From a virus (lineage: Duplodnaviria > Caudoviricetes): DNA of 64,000 nucleotides. The notes beneath the pieces were generated by a model. It was not told where the DNA came from. It did no database searches and saw only the letters and a list, made by a program, of their open reading frames with translations. Positions 31,794 to 41,931 of the stretch are shown in pieces. Where the stretch lies: IMG/VR virus record IMGVR_UViG_3300035505_000178. The stretch is one strand, 5' to 3'. Numbering within the stretch: the first letter of the stretch is position 1; each line of letters begins with the position of its first letter. The translations under genes were made by a program, and so were the position numbers.

Positions 31794-32238
31794 TAACTTT
31801 GAGATAGATAAAATAGAAAATGGAACTATCTACCTCAAAGAGAAAGATGTTATTCCTAAAAATTGGAATGAATGTGTAAATACATATGCCAGTGGAGAGT
31901 TTGAAGCTATAAACAATCTTTCGGTTGTTACAACTATAAAGAATCCAATAGTAGGTACCCGTAATTATAATATTCTTCCTAAAGGTTTAGGTGATCCAAT
32001 GTTAGCATTATGTCAATTACTAGTATGTAGAAATGCATACTGGAAAGGAGATTGTAATTGGAAGCCTGATTGGACAAGTAAAGATGATAAATTTATTATA
32101 ACTGCTTGTAATAATAATATTGTAAGAGAGCCATGGAGTTGTTATAATTATATTTTAGCATTTAGAACTGCAGAAATAAGAGATGAATTTTATAACAATT
32201 TTAAAGACTTAATTGAACAAGCTAAAGAGTTACTCTGA
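31768..32238 (+). CDS. hypothetical protein, family B
   Basis: ALCQLLVCRNAYWK. Confidence 0.75.
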   Translation: MKNQIKIPDNFEIDKIENGTIYLKEKDVIPKNWNECVNTYASGEFEAINNLSVVTTIKNPIVGTRNYNILPKGLGDPMLALCQLLVCRNAYWKGDCNWKPDWTSKDDKFIITACNNNIVREPWSCYNYILAFRTAEIRDEFYNNFKDLIEQAKELL

Positions 32239-32588
32239 TGAAAAAATATCTGGTAATTATTGAAGGAGTTTTTGGAAGCGGAGATTGTGTTGAGAAAACA
32301 TTTCTTTTAAATAAAGAAGAATTTGAAATCCTTAAAAAGGAATACAAAGCTTTCTTAAAACGTAGAGAATTGTATCAGACACAAGAAGACCCTATGTGTT
32401 TCGATAATGATATTTTTGATATACATACATATCTTTATGGACTTACTGATGAAGAAGATAGACTATCATTAGATTTCTGGATGAGAACGCCTTATATCAA
32501 AAATATAGGATGGGAAGCATGCGGAAGAGGAGATTTTAAAAGTATTAAATTTATTACAACAGAAGATGAACAATTTACTGAATTATAA
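32238..32588 (+). CDS. hypothetical protein (similar N-terminus to 36628)
   Basis: KYLVIIE…LNKEEFE. Confidence 0.7.
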   Translation: MKKYLVIIEGVFGSGDCVEKTFLLNKEEFEILKKEYKAFLKRRELYQTQEDPMCFDNDIFDIHTYLYGLTDEEDRLSLDFWMRTPYIKNIGWEACGRGDFKSIKFITTEDEQFTEL

Positions 32589-32636
32589 TGAAAATACTGT
32601 TTCTATTAGTTGTAACAATTTGGTTATGGAGAGTTT

Positions 32637-33107
32637 ATGATAAAGGATGATTTTTCGAAAAAACTAAAAATACCAGATGGTTATCAATTCTGGAAAGTAG
32701 AAGGTACAACGATTTTTCTTGAACCTATTAATTACTCTACAGATTATACAGCTTGTGCATGTAAAGTAGAAGATTTAAGTACTATCATAGGAGGACGTAC
32801 TGAAAAGGTTAAACTTGGACAGAACATTCTTCCTTATACTATTCCTACTTATTTATCTTCTGCGATGGAAGCTTTGTGTCAATTGTTAATTTATAGAGAT
32901 GCTTGGTGGAAAATTGATGGTGATTGGAAACCTGAATTTAAATTAAATGGTATTATAAAATATTCAATTACTACAAAAGAAAATGAAATCTATAAAGTAG
33001 CTTCTGTACTTGACAATTGTATTCTTACATTCAGAACTGAATATATAAGAGATGAATTTCTTAAAAGTTTCAAGGATTTAATTGAAGAAGCAAAAGTATT
33101 ACTGTAA
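32637..33107 (+). CDS. hypothetical protein, family B
   Basis: ALCQLLIYRDAWWK. Confidence 0.75.
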   Translation: MIKDDFSKKLKIPDGYQFWKVEGTTIFLEPINYSTDYTACACKVEDLSTIIGGRTEKVKLGQNILPYTIPTYLSSAMEALCQLLIYRDAWWKIDGDWKPEFKLNGIIKYSITTKENEIYKVASVLDNCILTFRTEYIRDEFLKSFKDLIEEAKVLL

Positions 33108-33586
33108 TGAAAGATTGGAAAGATATAACAACTTATGAGGATGCTTTAGAAGCTACTAAATCAATGAGCGATGACCTTTTATGTGATCATCTTGGAGCTA
33201 TCTGTAAAATTAATGTTATCAGAAGAGCTTTAAATAAGGATTATAATCCTTCATTTGTTACAGATAATGTCTATTATCCTTTTATTAGATTCTACAAGAA
33301 TTATAATGATGCTAAGAATGCAGCAATAAGCAATAGCTGGAAACTCTGTGGTAAGGTTGAGATTGAAGGCATTTCTTATTATCTAGTTGGGGGTGCTTTT
33401 TATGACAGCAACCACGGTCTCAGTAATTTTGGTTTAGGTATTGGAAGTGTTTGTGCTTGTATAGGATTATTCTGTTGTAAATCAGAAGAAATAGCACAAC
33501 ATATGAGTAAGTACTTTGCTAAAGAAATTTTTGATGCTTGTTATAGTCACTTAGGTAATTATAAATGGATAGATGAGAGAAATTAA
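33107..33586 (+). CDS. hypothetical protein, family A
   Basis: TYEDAL…CCKSEEIAQHMSKYF. Confidence 0.75.
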   Translation: MKDWKDITTYEDALEATKSMSDDLLCDHLGAICKINVIRRALNKDYNPSFVTDNVYYPFIRFYKNYNDAKNAAISNSWKLCGKVEIEGISYYLVGGAFYDSNHGLSNFGLGIGSVCACIGLFCCKSEEIAQHMSKYFAKEIFDACYSHLGNYKWIDERN

Positions 33587-33953
33587 ATTTAGAGGTAAAA
33601 CGAAGTTTGACAAAAAATGGGTTTATGGAGTTCCTGTCAGATTAGGAACTGATACTTTAATCGTTGATAATCCTACATACTTTCTTAGTGCTCCTTACAA
33701 AGTTAGAGATGACTTAGCCTCTGTTAATGCTTACATTGTTGACGCTGATACCGTTGGACAATATACAGGGTATAATGACCCTGACATCTATGAAGGTGAC
33801 ATACTACTTTGTGCTATGGAGACAGATTGTGTTGTACGTTTTAAAAACGGTTCTTTTATAACAGAAGGTCGTGATGGATCTGAATATTTACTTTCAGATA
33901 CTATCGAGATATGTTTAGGAGTTATTGGAAATATATTTGATAACAAATGGTAG
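33573..33953 (+). CDS. YopX family protein
   Basis: MREIKFRGK…WVYG…TVGQYTG…IYEGDI…VIGNIFD. Confidence 0.85.
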   Translation: MREIKFRGKTKFDKKWVYGVPVRLGTDTLIVDNPTYFLSAPYKVRDDLASVNAYIVDADTVGQYTGYNDPDIYEGDILLCAMETDCVVRFKNGSFITEGRDGSEYLLSDTIEICLGVIGNIFDNKW

Positions 33954-34315
33954 AACTATATTGGCTTACAAGACTTGATAACATAAATATATTATTATGT
34001 TTTACTCTTGCTATCTGTTTAGGATTAACACTAATATTCTTTATTAGATATTGTGCTGCTAATACAGATGGTGATCCAGAAGATTTTCAAAAATCACTTC
34101 TCAAGAATGCAAAACGCTTTGGAATTATTGCAATATTTGCTGCTGTTATAGATGTTTTTGTTCCAACTACTAAAGAAGCATATTTAATATATGGAGTAGG
34201 AGGAACAATAGACTATGTAAAGAATAACAAAACTGCAAGACAAATTCCAGATAAAGTGATTGATGCTATAGACAAGTATATTGATACGTTTACTGAAAAA
34301 TCTAAGAAAGAATGA
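33947..34315 (+). CDS. membrane protein (YWLTRLD family)
   Basis: 2 TM + FVPTTKEA. Confidence 0.7.
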   Translation: MVELYWLTRLDNINILLCFTLAICLGLTLIFFIRYCAANTDGDPEDFQKSLLKNAKRFGIIAIFAAVIDVFVPTTKEAYLIYGVGGTIDYVKNNKTARQIPDKVIDAIDKYIDTFTEKSKKE

Positions 34316-34785
34316 TAATATTAGTATTAATTTTATTGTTAATTATTGCTTTTCTATCTTATGAATTAAGAGATGCTTATAAGTTAAATAAAGTTAATTC
34401 TGAAACAATTGATTCCTTAAGATATTCTGTAGAAAACAAAGAAAAGACTATACGTCAATCTAGTCTATTCTATGAGGAAACAATTGCTTCTCTTAGACAA
34501 AATATTGCAAGTGCTAATCAACAATATGCTAGTCATATTGCTAAGAAAGATGAACTTCTTGAGTATAATAATGATAAAATTATGCAATTAGAAGTAAAAC
34601 TTGCAAATATTAAAATGGAACGTACTAAACTTAGCAATGAACTTAATGCTAAGATTAAACAGTATGAAACAAGAGATAAGATGCTAACTGATCTTATTGT
34701 CAAAAAAGAAAAGCAAATTGATGATTTACTTGTTCGCATTGATGAACTTAAAAATGATTTGAATGAATTTGTTATTAAAAGATGA
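34312..34785 (+). CDS. membrane-anchored coiled-coil protein
   Basis: N-terminal TM + long heptad region. Confidence 0.7.
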   Translation: MIILVLILLLIIAFLSYELRDAYKLNKVNSETIDSLRYSVENKEKTIRQSSLFYEETIASLRQNIASANQQYASHIAKKDELLEYNNDKIMQLEVKLANIKMERTKLSNELNAKIKQYETRDKMLTDLIVKKEKQIDDLLVRIDELKNDLNEFVIKR

Positions 34786-35021
34786 ATTATTATTGGATTA
34801 CTAGATTAGATGCCATTAATGGAATTTTATTGGTTTCTATAATTATATTAGCTGCAAGTTTACTATTTGTAATTATTGAAATATGGGATAATAGTTATAA
34901 ACTTGACTGGGAAATTACACATAAAATATTTTGGGCTAATCTATTTCTTCTTATACTATTCATTCTAATTTATTTATTTGTACCAACAACTGAGCAAGCT
35001 CATATAATTTGGGGAATATGA
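34782..35021 (+). CDS. membrane protein (YWITRLD family)
   Basis: Paralogue of 33947. Confidence 0.7.
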   Translation: MNYYWITRLDAINGILLVSIIILAASLLFVIIEIWDNSYKLDWEITHKIFWANLFLLILFILIYLFVPTTEQAHIIWGI

Positions 35022-35356
35022 CATTAGACGAAGCAATAGAACATTGTAAAGAGAAAGCAACTTGTTACAATGAATGTGGTAAAGAGCATTGGTTATTGAG
35101 AAGATGGTTACTAGAATTAAAAGAATTTCGTAAAAGAAAAAAGATTAGTAGTCTTATAAAGGTTATTAATATTTGGAGATACGATAAAAATAAGTTCTAT
35201 GATATAGCTATTCTTAAACATAAAGATAGTGGCAAGTATTCTTTTGTAAATCTTACTAAAGGTCATATTTGTCCATGTCTTTTTGATACTTATGAAGATG
35301 CTTATAAAGAACTTCTTGATAAACAAAGTAAAGGAGAATTACATATAGAACCATGA
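35009..35356 (+). CDS. hypothetical protein
   Basis: MTLDEAIEHC…WLLELK; YSFVNLTKGHICPC. Confidence 0.7.
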   Translation: MGNMTLDEAIEHCKEKATCYNECGKEHWLLRRWLLELKEFRKRKKISSLIKVINIWRYDKNKFYDIAILKHKDSGKYSFVNLTKGHICPCLFDTYEDAYKELLDKQSKGELHIEP

Positions 35357-35553
35357 AAGAAACAGAATATTGGGCAGTTATGGATAGAGATGGAAATACT
35401 TATTTGTTTGATGATGCACCTATTTGTAAAGGAGGTTTGTGGTATCCACAAGATTTAACAAAGAAGTATTACTATGTTGCACCACGATTACTTCCAAAAC
35501 TTACGTTAGATAACAGTCCACAAAAAGTTAAAATAACATTGTTATATGACTAA
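35353..35553 (+). CDS. hypothetical protein, family C
   Basis: W..DRDG…LF…NSPQKVKI. Confidence 0.7.
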   Translation: MKETEYWAVMDRDGNTYLFDDAPICKGGLWYPQDLTKKYYYVAPRLLPKLTLDNSPQKVKITLLYD

Positions 35554-35764
35554 AGAGCTTTGGATTAGTAGAGATTCTAAAAAATATGGAAATTATCTTT
35601 ATCTTTATACTTGTGAACCTGAAAAAGGTTGTGTTGATGAGGATGGAGAAGGATATTTTCTTAGTTCAGAAGATTTTGAAAGTACTCAATTAATTCTTCC
35701 AGAGGATTGGTTTCCTGAAGTAACTTGGGAAAATTCACCACAAAAAATTAAGATAAGTTTATGA
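35546..35764 (+). CDS. hypothetical protein, family C
   Basis: LWISRD…FPEVTWENSPQKIKI. Confidence 0.7.
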   Translation: MTKELWISRDSKKYGNYLYLYTCEPEKGCVDEDGEGYFLSSEDFESTQLILPEDWFPEVTWENSPQKIKISL

Positions 35765-36108
35765 GTAATATTGGTAAATACGTTTGGGGAGAATCAGAAG
35801 ATCATTACGATAGTAAGATTCGTGATTCAATCGAAGAATGTAAAAGAGACATCAAGGATAATTATGATCAAAGTTTTCCTTGGAATGATGTTCCGCCTGA
35901 TAAAGTTTACATAGGTCAGATTACAAAAGAATTTGATTTTATGGAACTAGCACAAGACATTGTTGTAATGGCTGCAGAAAGAGCTCGTGAATTTGATAAC
36001 GATGCTTGTATTGATCCAGAAATAACAGAGCCTATTGAGAGTTTAATAAAAGATGCTCTTGATATGCGATGTTTGAAAGTAAGAACGCTTGAAATTTTTA
36101 AACCATGA
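35761..36108 (+). CDS. hypothetical protein
   Basis: ORF track. Confidence 0.7.
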   Translation: MSNIGKYVWGESEDHYDSKIRDSIEECKRDIKDNYDQSFPWNDVPPDKVYIGQITKEFDFMELAQDIVVMAAERAREFDNDACIDPEITEPIESLIKDALDMRCLKVRTLEIFKP

Positions 36109-36314
36109 ATGTAGAAGACGAAGCCAGAAAGATGTATGAAATGGCACTTCTTTTTGAAGGAGATACAGTAGAAGAAAGTCTAGATGTTATAGCAAGCTAT
36201 ATAGGTAGAATGCTATACGTTGCTGGACATGATACGAAAACTGCAACTGAGATTTGTGCAAATGTTGCTTTAGGAAGTATGACTATGTTTACTAATTTAT
36301 CGCTTAGAAAATGA
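36105..36314 (+). CDS. hypothetical protein
   Basis: ORF track, ATGA overlaps. Confidence 0.65.
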   Translation: MNVEDEARKMYEMALLFEGDTVEESLDVIASYIGRMLYVAGHDTKTATEICANVALGSMTMFTNLSLRK

Positions 36315-36631
36315 AAGAACTTGAAGTAAAATCAATGTTATCCGACCCGAATATTCCCGACAACTATAAGTTAGGTGGTCGGATTGATGAGAGATTCTTG
36401 GCTGGGGTTGAGTATGTCGAAGCATTGATAGAAGAAGCTCCTGAACTTTGGATAGCGAGAGATAGAGATGACGATAGAATATATCTGTATGAGGATAATC
36501 CAGCATGTGACGAGGAATGTGGAATGTTCTATGAAAGTGATAATGACTTTATAATAGAACTTCCTAAAGAATCGTTTCCTGAAGTAACTTTTGAAAACAG
36601 TCCACAAAAAGTTAATATCGTTATTAAATGA
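36311..36631 (+). CDS. hypothetical protein, family C
   Basis: LWIARD…FPEVTFENSPQKV. Confidence 0.7.
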   Translation: MKELEVKSMLSDPNIPDNYKLGGRIDERFLAGVEYVEALIEEAPELWIARDRDDDRIYLYEDNPACDEECGMFYESDNDFIIELPKESFPEVTFENSPQKVNIVIK

Positions 36632-37035
36632 ATTATTTAGTTGTAATTGAAGTAGACTTCAACAATGCAGATTATAGTAGAAGTACTTTAATCTTAAATG
36701 AAAAAGATTTTGAGTCATTTAAAAAATGTCTTGAATTGTTCTTAAAAGGATTTGACTTTTATTCAAGTTATATCTATGTCTATCGTGGATCTTGGGATGA
36801 AGCAACTCATTGGGATTTCGGAAATTATTTACAAGAAGAAGATTTCTCAAGGTTGTTGGATGAATTTACTAAAGAAGAAATAGACCAAATGGTTAAGATG
36901 TGGGATTTAGTTCCATATTTTGACAATGAAGGTCCTGGAGGTGAAGGATTCCCTAACACGATTACCCAAGTATATTATGTTAATACACCTGACGAGAACT
37001 ATACTAATTTATGGAAACATGAACAACCTTATTGA
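36628..37035 (+). CDS. hypothetical protein
   Basis: ORF track. Confidence 0.7.
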   Translation: MNYLVVIEVDFNNADYSRSTLILNEKDFESFKKCLELFLKGFDFYSSYIYVYRGSWDEATHWDFGNYLQEEDFSRLLDEFTKEEIDQMVKMWDLVPYFDNEGPGGEGFPNTITQVYYVNTPDENYTNLWKHEQPY

Positions 37036-37291
37036 TCAAATTTTAAAATTTGATACTGGAACTAAACTAATAATGGTTGCAGGAATAGTATCATTTATAA
37101 TTTTGGTTATTGTGTACATATCTATATTTATAGATTATCTTATTAATTTATTAAAAAAAAATAAAATTTTATGGAATTATCAATAAAAGAAATAATTGAT
37201 TACTTAGAGAATGATAAGTACTTGGAAAATGATGAAGTTAATTATATGATTCTTGATAGATTTCGTTATGATATTATAAGTTTTCTAGAAA

Positions 37292-37675
37292 ATGAAAAGG
37301 GAGATAAGATTCAGAGGGAAAGATGTTCTAACAAATGATTGGCGTTATGGCAGTTTACTGAAATTTAGCGAAGATGAATGTTATATTCTTCAAGAAGAAA
37401 AAGACAGTGAATTTGTTGAATATAGAGTTAAACCCTATACGATAGGACAATATACAGGTATTAAAGATATAGATGGAAATCCCATCTATGAGAATGATAT
37501 TGTATCTGATCTTAAGCATAACAATACTGTTGTATATTTTCTTGACAGTTCTTTCTGGCAAGGGAATTGTGTACTTACAGAAAATAGTATCAGAGTCTTT
37601 AATTTTAGAGTTATAGGTAATCAATTTGATAGTCCTGAAATAATAATTTATAGAGCTGATGAAACATATTTTTAG
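37292..37675 (+). CDS. YopX family protein
   Basis: REIRFRGK…WRYG…TIGQYTGIKD..G..IYENDI…VIGN. Confidence 0.85.
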   Translation: MKREIRFRGKDVLTNDWRYGSLLKFSEDECYILQEEKDSEFVEYRVKPYTIGQYTGIKDIDGNPIYENDIVSDLKHNNTVVYFLDSSFWQGNCVLTENSIRVFNFRVIGNQFDSPEIIIYRADETYF

Positions 37676-38015
37676 TAATGCGCGACTTAATCATATAAGT
37701 GAAGTTGCAGAAAAACGTGCTCCAAATTTCTCAAGTATGCTTTGGTTTATAAGAGGTGCCATTTGGGCTGACCAAACTTCTACTGACGATTCAACAATTG
37801 AAGCATGGGTAGCAAGAGATAATATTTCTCAAGCTCATGACCTATATTTGTTCCCTTCAAAACCTAGAAAAGTAATGGTAACGGACACGGAAGAATATTA
37901 TTTTGAATCAGACGAAGATAGGTTACAACATCATCTACTTCTTGACAAAGGTGATTTTCCAGAAGTTACTCCAGATATGAGTCCTCGAAGAGTTAAGATT
38001 ACATTATGCGAGTAA
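37659..38015 (+). CDS. hypothetical protein, family C
   Basis: AWVARD…FPEVT..SPRRVKI. Confidence 0.7.
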   Translation: MKHIFSNARLNHISEVAEKRAPNFSSMLWFIRGAIWADQTSTDDSTIEAWVARDNISQAHDLYLFPSKPRKVMVTDTEEYYFESDEDRLQHHLLLDKGDFPEVTPDMSPRRVKITLCE

Positions 38016-38251
38016 AAGGTAATTTTGAGATGTTTGAACTTTATAAAAATTTTTATAAAACTCCTTCTTTAGTAGGTTCATTAAGAAAATATTTTGAAGA
38101 AACTCCTAAAGAGAAACTTAATAAAGATTTGGAGGAAGTTAAAGAATTAAATTCTATAGGACCTGATGTTTTCGAGTATGAAAAATTCTACAAAGAAATG
38201 CAAAAACTTAGGAATTTGGTATCAGATAGACAAGAAAACTCTAAAATATAA
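38006..38251 (+). CDS. hypothetical protein
   Basis: ORF track. Confidence 0.6.
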   Translation: MRVKGNFEMFELYKNFYKTPSLVGSLRKYFEETPKEKLNKDLEEVKELNSIGPDVFEYEKFYKEMQKLRNLVSDRQENSKI

Positions 38252-38284
38252 AATAGAGTATTTACTTCAAATTCTTAAAATGAA

Positions 38285-38470
38285 ATGAAAATTTTTTGTT
38301 TATTTATAATCATGCTTATTTTGTTTTTACAAACATGTACTTCTGTTGTTATTAGAAAGAGCGACTGGAAAACTTTAAATTATAAAGTTGATTCTTTGGA
38401 ACACAGAGTTTATGTTCTTCAAAAACAAAATGATAGTTTAAAAATAGAATTAAAATGCAGGGAAAACTAG
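38285..38470 (+). CDS. small secreted/membrane protein
   Basis: Hydrophobic N-terminus, coiled coil. Confidence 0.6.
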   Translation: MKIFCLFIIMLILFLQTCTSVVIRKSDWKTLNYKVDSLEHRVYVLQKQNDSLKIELKCREN

Positions 38471-39063
38471 CAATCGCAAGAGGAGAAATAACACGATATT
38501 TAAATTCTCAGAACGATGTTCCATATGAAGCTGAATGTTGTAGAGATGCTTTAAATGCGTTTAGTATATTATCAGGAAGATATAATTATGTTAAAGGTCA
38601 CACCTTTGATATTCTTACTCGTTTAGTTGATGGACTTCCTCTTACTCCTATAACGGAAGATGATTTTGAGAGTTATAATTATCAATCTGATCATCCTGAT
38701 ATTAAATATACTAATCATTGTATTCGAATGGATCTTGATAGAGAAATTCGTCGTGATGGAAGTATAACATACCATGATTATAACCGATCTTATTGTATTG
38801 ATGAAAATGGTAATGAACTTAGAATATTAAAACTCGAACGAGTTATTGATGAGATATATCCAATACAACTTCCTTATTATCCAGATTCTGGAAAATATGT
38901 GTTGTATGTAGAGGATTTTAATGTTAAAGATAATTACTATTGTAGAGTTTATAAAATAAAAGTTCCAGAAGGACACACTTGTGCTGTACATGGAATATTT
39001 TATAAAAATAGTACAAAGATTGGAGAAGATGAATTTATTAACGCCAGAAAATTAAGAAAATGA
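38455..39063 (+). CDS. hypothetical protein (paralogue of 28136)
   Basis: PLTPITEDDF…ITYHDYNRSYC…YPIQLPY. Confidence 0.7.
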   Translation: MQGKLAIARGEITRYLNSQNDVPYEAECCRDALNAFSILSGRYNYVKGHTFDILTRLVDGLPLTPITEDDFESYNYQSDHPDIKYTNHCIRMDLDREIRRDGSITYHDYNRSYCIDENGNELRILKLERVIDEIYPIQLPYYPDSGKYVLYVEDFNVKDNYYCRVYKIKVPEGHTCAVHGIFYKNSTKIGEDEFINARKLRK

Positions 39064-39410
39064 AAACAGGAATTAAAGAAGTTAAAAAAGAGTTTATTAC
39101 AAATGATAAGAATATTGTTTGTATTGTTTATATAAAACAAAAAAATTATAATATTAAGGTAGTAGCTAAAGGTATTTCTCGTTGTAGTGACGAGGATGAG
39201 TTTGATCCAGAATTTGGAAGAAGACTTGCCGAAGCAAAAGCTCTCAAGAAGGGTTATTGTAAAATAGCTAAGATTATGCTTAATAAAATTCAAAAGTTAG
39301 AGGAACTTTCTGATAATTTATATGATTTTATGATAAATGTCATTACTGCAGAAGGTTCAGAGGCAGATAGATTGGAATATTTAATTAACAATAAATTCGG
39401 TAAGCAATGA
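39060..39410 (+). CDS. phage protein with G.SRC..D.FD…G..LA motif (gp49/66-like)
   Basis: GISRCSDEDEFDPEFGRRLAEAKA. Confidence 0.65.
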   Translation: MKTGIKEVKKEFITNDKNIVCIVYIKQKNYNIKVVAKGISRCSDEDEFDPEFGRRLAEAKALKKGYCKIAKIMLNKIQKLEELSDNLYDFMINVITAEGSEADRLEYLINNKFGKQ

Positions 39411-39745
39411 TAGTTGTAGTATCTCTTATTTTGTTAGCTGTAATAATTTATACTTACAAAAAACTTTTGAAAGTAATTAAATTACAGTCATCTGATATTG
39501 TTAGAATTAAATGTGCTTACTGTGACTTATATGAAGATATAGTTAAAAGTGTTCCAATTATCGAAGATCTAAAGCTTAGAGATTTTTACAAAGTTCAAGA
39601 AAATGCTAATGTTATAAATGTATATGGATTTTGTAAAAATACTCCTGTGTTAGTTAAAAGTTTCGTTAGTTCTGAATCAGATGATACAGAATATCTTCTT
39701 GGACTAGCTGACGAGTTACTTGATAAACTTAACCAAAAACCATGA
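39407..39745 (+). CDS. membrane-anchored hypothetical protein
   Basis: ORF track. Confidence 0.65.
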   Translation: MIVVVSLILLAVIIYTYKKLLKVIKLQSSDIVRIKCAYCDLYEDIVKSVPIIEDLKLRDFYKVQENANVINVYGFCKNTPVLVKSFVSSESDDTEYLLGLADELLDKLNQKP

Positions 39746-40353
39746 AACGTAGAATAAAAAGTAAATTACGTAATCTCGAAGCAAAGAAAATTGAAAAATA
39801 CTTTAAAGATTTAGGTTTTACTGTAAAAATTAAATCTTGTGGTGGATACTTTTTATTTGATTTTCGGGATGGATATTATAATTTCTACATCTACTTGAAA
39901 GAAATTCCCCACTTAGTCCTTGGCTGGTGGGGAAACCTACATATTAAAACAGCTCTATTTGCAGAATTAGATTGTTTTGTATGTAAATTTAAACCTACTC
40001 AAGTAGAGATAGTATGGGATAATGAAAAGTCTATGATAAAAGACTTAAATAAATGGAAAGATCTAAACTCTTTCAATGAAGATATGTGTAAGATTTATAA
40101 TCGTACACAAGAAGAAATTGATTCTGAGAGAGAGTTCTATAAAGAAATGATAAGTACTAATTCTTTAGGATATAAAACATGGGTGAAATGTCAAAAGTTA
40201 GTTGAAAAACATAAAAAATATGTTTTAAGATTAAAAGAAACTTTCTTCTTTAGACATTATCACGATGTAGTATTAAAAGATAATACTCCTATAGAAGTAA
40301 TTGATGAACTTGAACAAACCGATTTTATTCACGTATGTTGGCAGTCTCGGTAA
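39742..40353 (+). CDS. hypothetical protein
   Basis: ORF track. Confidence 0.7.
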   Translation: MKRRIKSKLRNLEAKKIEKYFKDLGFTVKIKSCGGYFLFDFRDGYYNFYIYLKEIPHLVLGWWGNLHIKTALFAELDCFVCKFKPTQVEIVWDNEKSMIKDLNKWKDLNSFNEDMCKIYNRTQEEIDSEREFYKEMISTNSLGYKTWVKCQKLVEKHKKYVLRLKETFFFRHYHDVVLKDNTPIEVIDELEQTDFIHVCWQSR

Positions 40354-40622
40354 TTTTAATAGCAATTGTTATATATCTTTGCTGTTGTATTGAAGTTGTG
40401 TATTTTCACTGGAGTAAAGATATATTTAGATCAGATCTGTTAGAAGTACAAGATGTTATATTAATATTTATTATAGGAATTATTCCAGTAGTGAATATTA
40501 TAGGTTTTGGTGTGTTTGTTTATTATTTTACATATAAATTGTCAGAACAACCAGATCAAGAGTATTATCAGAAATGGTGTGTTAAAAATAACACTTTGTT
40601 GTATAAATTATTACACTTATGA
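40335..40622 (+). CDS. membrane protein
   Basis: Two hydrophobic segments. Confidence 0.6.
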   Translation: MLAVSVILIAIVIYLCCCIEVVYFHWSKDIFRSDLLEVQDVILIFIIGIIPVVNIIGFGVFVYYFTYKLSEQPDQEYYQKWCVKNNTLLYKLLHL

Positions 40623-40885
40623 AAGAATTAGAATTTTATGCTAGAATGTCACTTGATGAAATATTCAATACACTTCATAATTATATTCTCTGTTGTAGAG
40701 AAAAAGAGCAAAACGATTTTGTTAATCGTATAATTGATCTTGGAAATGATGGAGATTATTCATTAGAAATGAAATATTTAAAAGCTTTAAGAGAACAATT
40801 AAAAATTGACTTCTCACCTAAAGTTGTTGAGTGTTGTGACAAGCTTATTCAAGCAATGAAAGATGATAATTGGGAAGACATTTAA
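40619..40885 (+). CDS. hypothetical protein
   Basis: ORF track. Confidence 0.65.
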   Translation: MKELEFYARMSLDEIFNTLHNYILCCREKEQNDFVNRIIDLGNDGDYSLEMKYLKALREQLKIDFSPKVVECCDKLIQAMKDDNWEDI

Positions 40886-40926
40886 ATTGTTTGTAAAATA
40901 GTATTAATCTTAATAATATCGTTGAA

Positions 40927-41175
40927 ATGCAGAATTTTAAAAGAGTTGAGAAATTCAACCACAATGGAAACTATTTCAAACTGTTTATTGATAAAAATGA
41001 CAGTATTTTTGATGTAAAAAGATTAGAAGTAACTTCTTGGAAACAGGTCAAAGGAAAAAGAGTTCCTGAAAATGTTTCAGAAGAACGTGATACTACTCTA
41101 TTTAACGTTCTAAAAGGAATCCCTTCCACTTTGGCTAAATCTAAGATACATGCTTACATTGACTTAGATGAATAA
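40927..41175 (+). CDS. hypothetical protein
   Basis: ORF track. Confidence 0.65.
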   Translation: MQNFKRVEKFNHNGNYFKLFIDKNDSIFDVKRLEVTSWKQVKGKRVPENVSEERDTTLFNVLKGIPSTLAKSKIHAYIDLDE

Positions 41176-41371
41176 TTTAATTTTAATTTTGTAATTTTAT
41201 GAAAGAAGTAATTAAGAAAGCGGTTAAATGGTATTTTGAAATGGCATCTAAAACTTATGCTTGGACACCAACTGGTATGTATCCAAACAACAGAGGATTA
41301 ATGGATTAAAATATCATCTAGAAGCTGTAAGTACCAATTCGGGTACTTACATTAATTACGTGAGATAAATC

Positions 41372-41869
41372 ATGAAAAAGAGAGTTTACATAACAACTTT
41401 AATTATAGCAATAATTTGTAGTTTTATATCTGGAATCACTACACATTATTTCGTTCCAACGACAAACAAAACAAATGATTCGGTAATATTATTACCAGAA
41501 CACCCTTTCTATCTTTTAGAAGATGTGAATGACTCTATTTTGTATTTAACCTTGAAACACTATGAATTTCCAGAACCTGCAATTATTGTAGCTCAAGCTA
41601 AATTAGAATCTGGAAATTATAATTCAAGATTATGTTTAAATAATAACAATTTATTCGGATTATATAATTCAACTAAAGGTAATTACTTTAAATTTGATAG
41701 TTGGATAGGATGTGTATTTGCGTATAGAGATTATATTTTAACTAAACGTAAAAAGAATGAAGACTATTATCAATTTTTAAAGAGAATTAACTACGCAGAA
41801 GATCCGAATTATATCAAAAAATTGAAGAAAACGGAAAAAATTATTCGTGACAAATATGAGAAATTTTAA
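41372..41869 (+). CDS. glucosaminidase (GH73-like) domain protein with N-terminal signal anchor
   Basis: IVAQAKLESG…NNNLFG…YAEDPNY. Confidence 0.8.
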   Translation: MKKRVYITTLIIAIICSFISGITTHYFVPTTNKTNDSVILLPEHPFYLLEDVNDSILYLTLKHYEFPEPAIIVAQAKLESGNYNSRLCLNNNNLFGLYNSTKGNYFKFDSWIGCVFAYRDYILTKRKKNEDYYQFLKRINYAEDPNYIKKLKKTEKIIRDKYEKF

Positions 41870-41922
41870 CAAATTTTAACATTTTTTAACTTGTAAAACT
41901 CTGTTTGTCATAGTACTATTGT
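41861..41922 (+). promoter_or_regulatory. conserved promoter driving the tRNA cluster
   Basis: (TTTTAAC)x3 at 10-bp phase, TTGTAA-17-TACTAT-TGT. Confidence 0.75.
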
Positions 41923-41931
41923 TAGAAAGAT

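Noticed and set aside
29728-38015. Diversity-generating retroelement behind the repeated genes
   Set aside because: No reverse transcriptase, and no near-identical TR/VR pair with adenine-specific differences was seen.
41861-41890. CRISPR array or iterons from TTTTAAC repeats
   Set aside because: Only 10-bp units without spacers, always tied to a promoter core.
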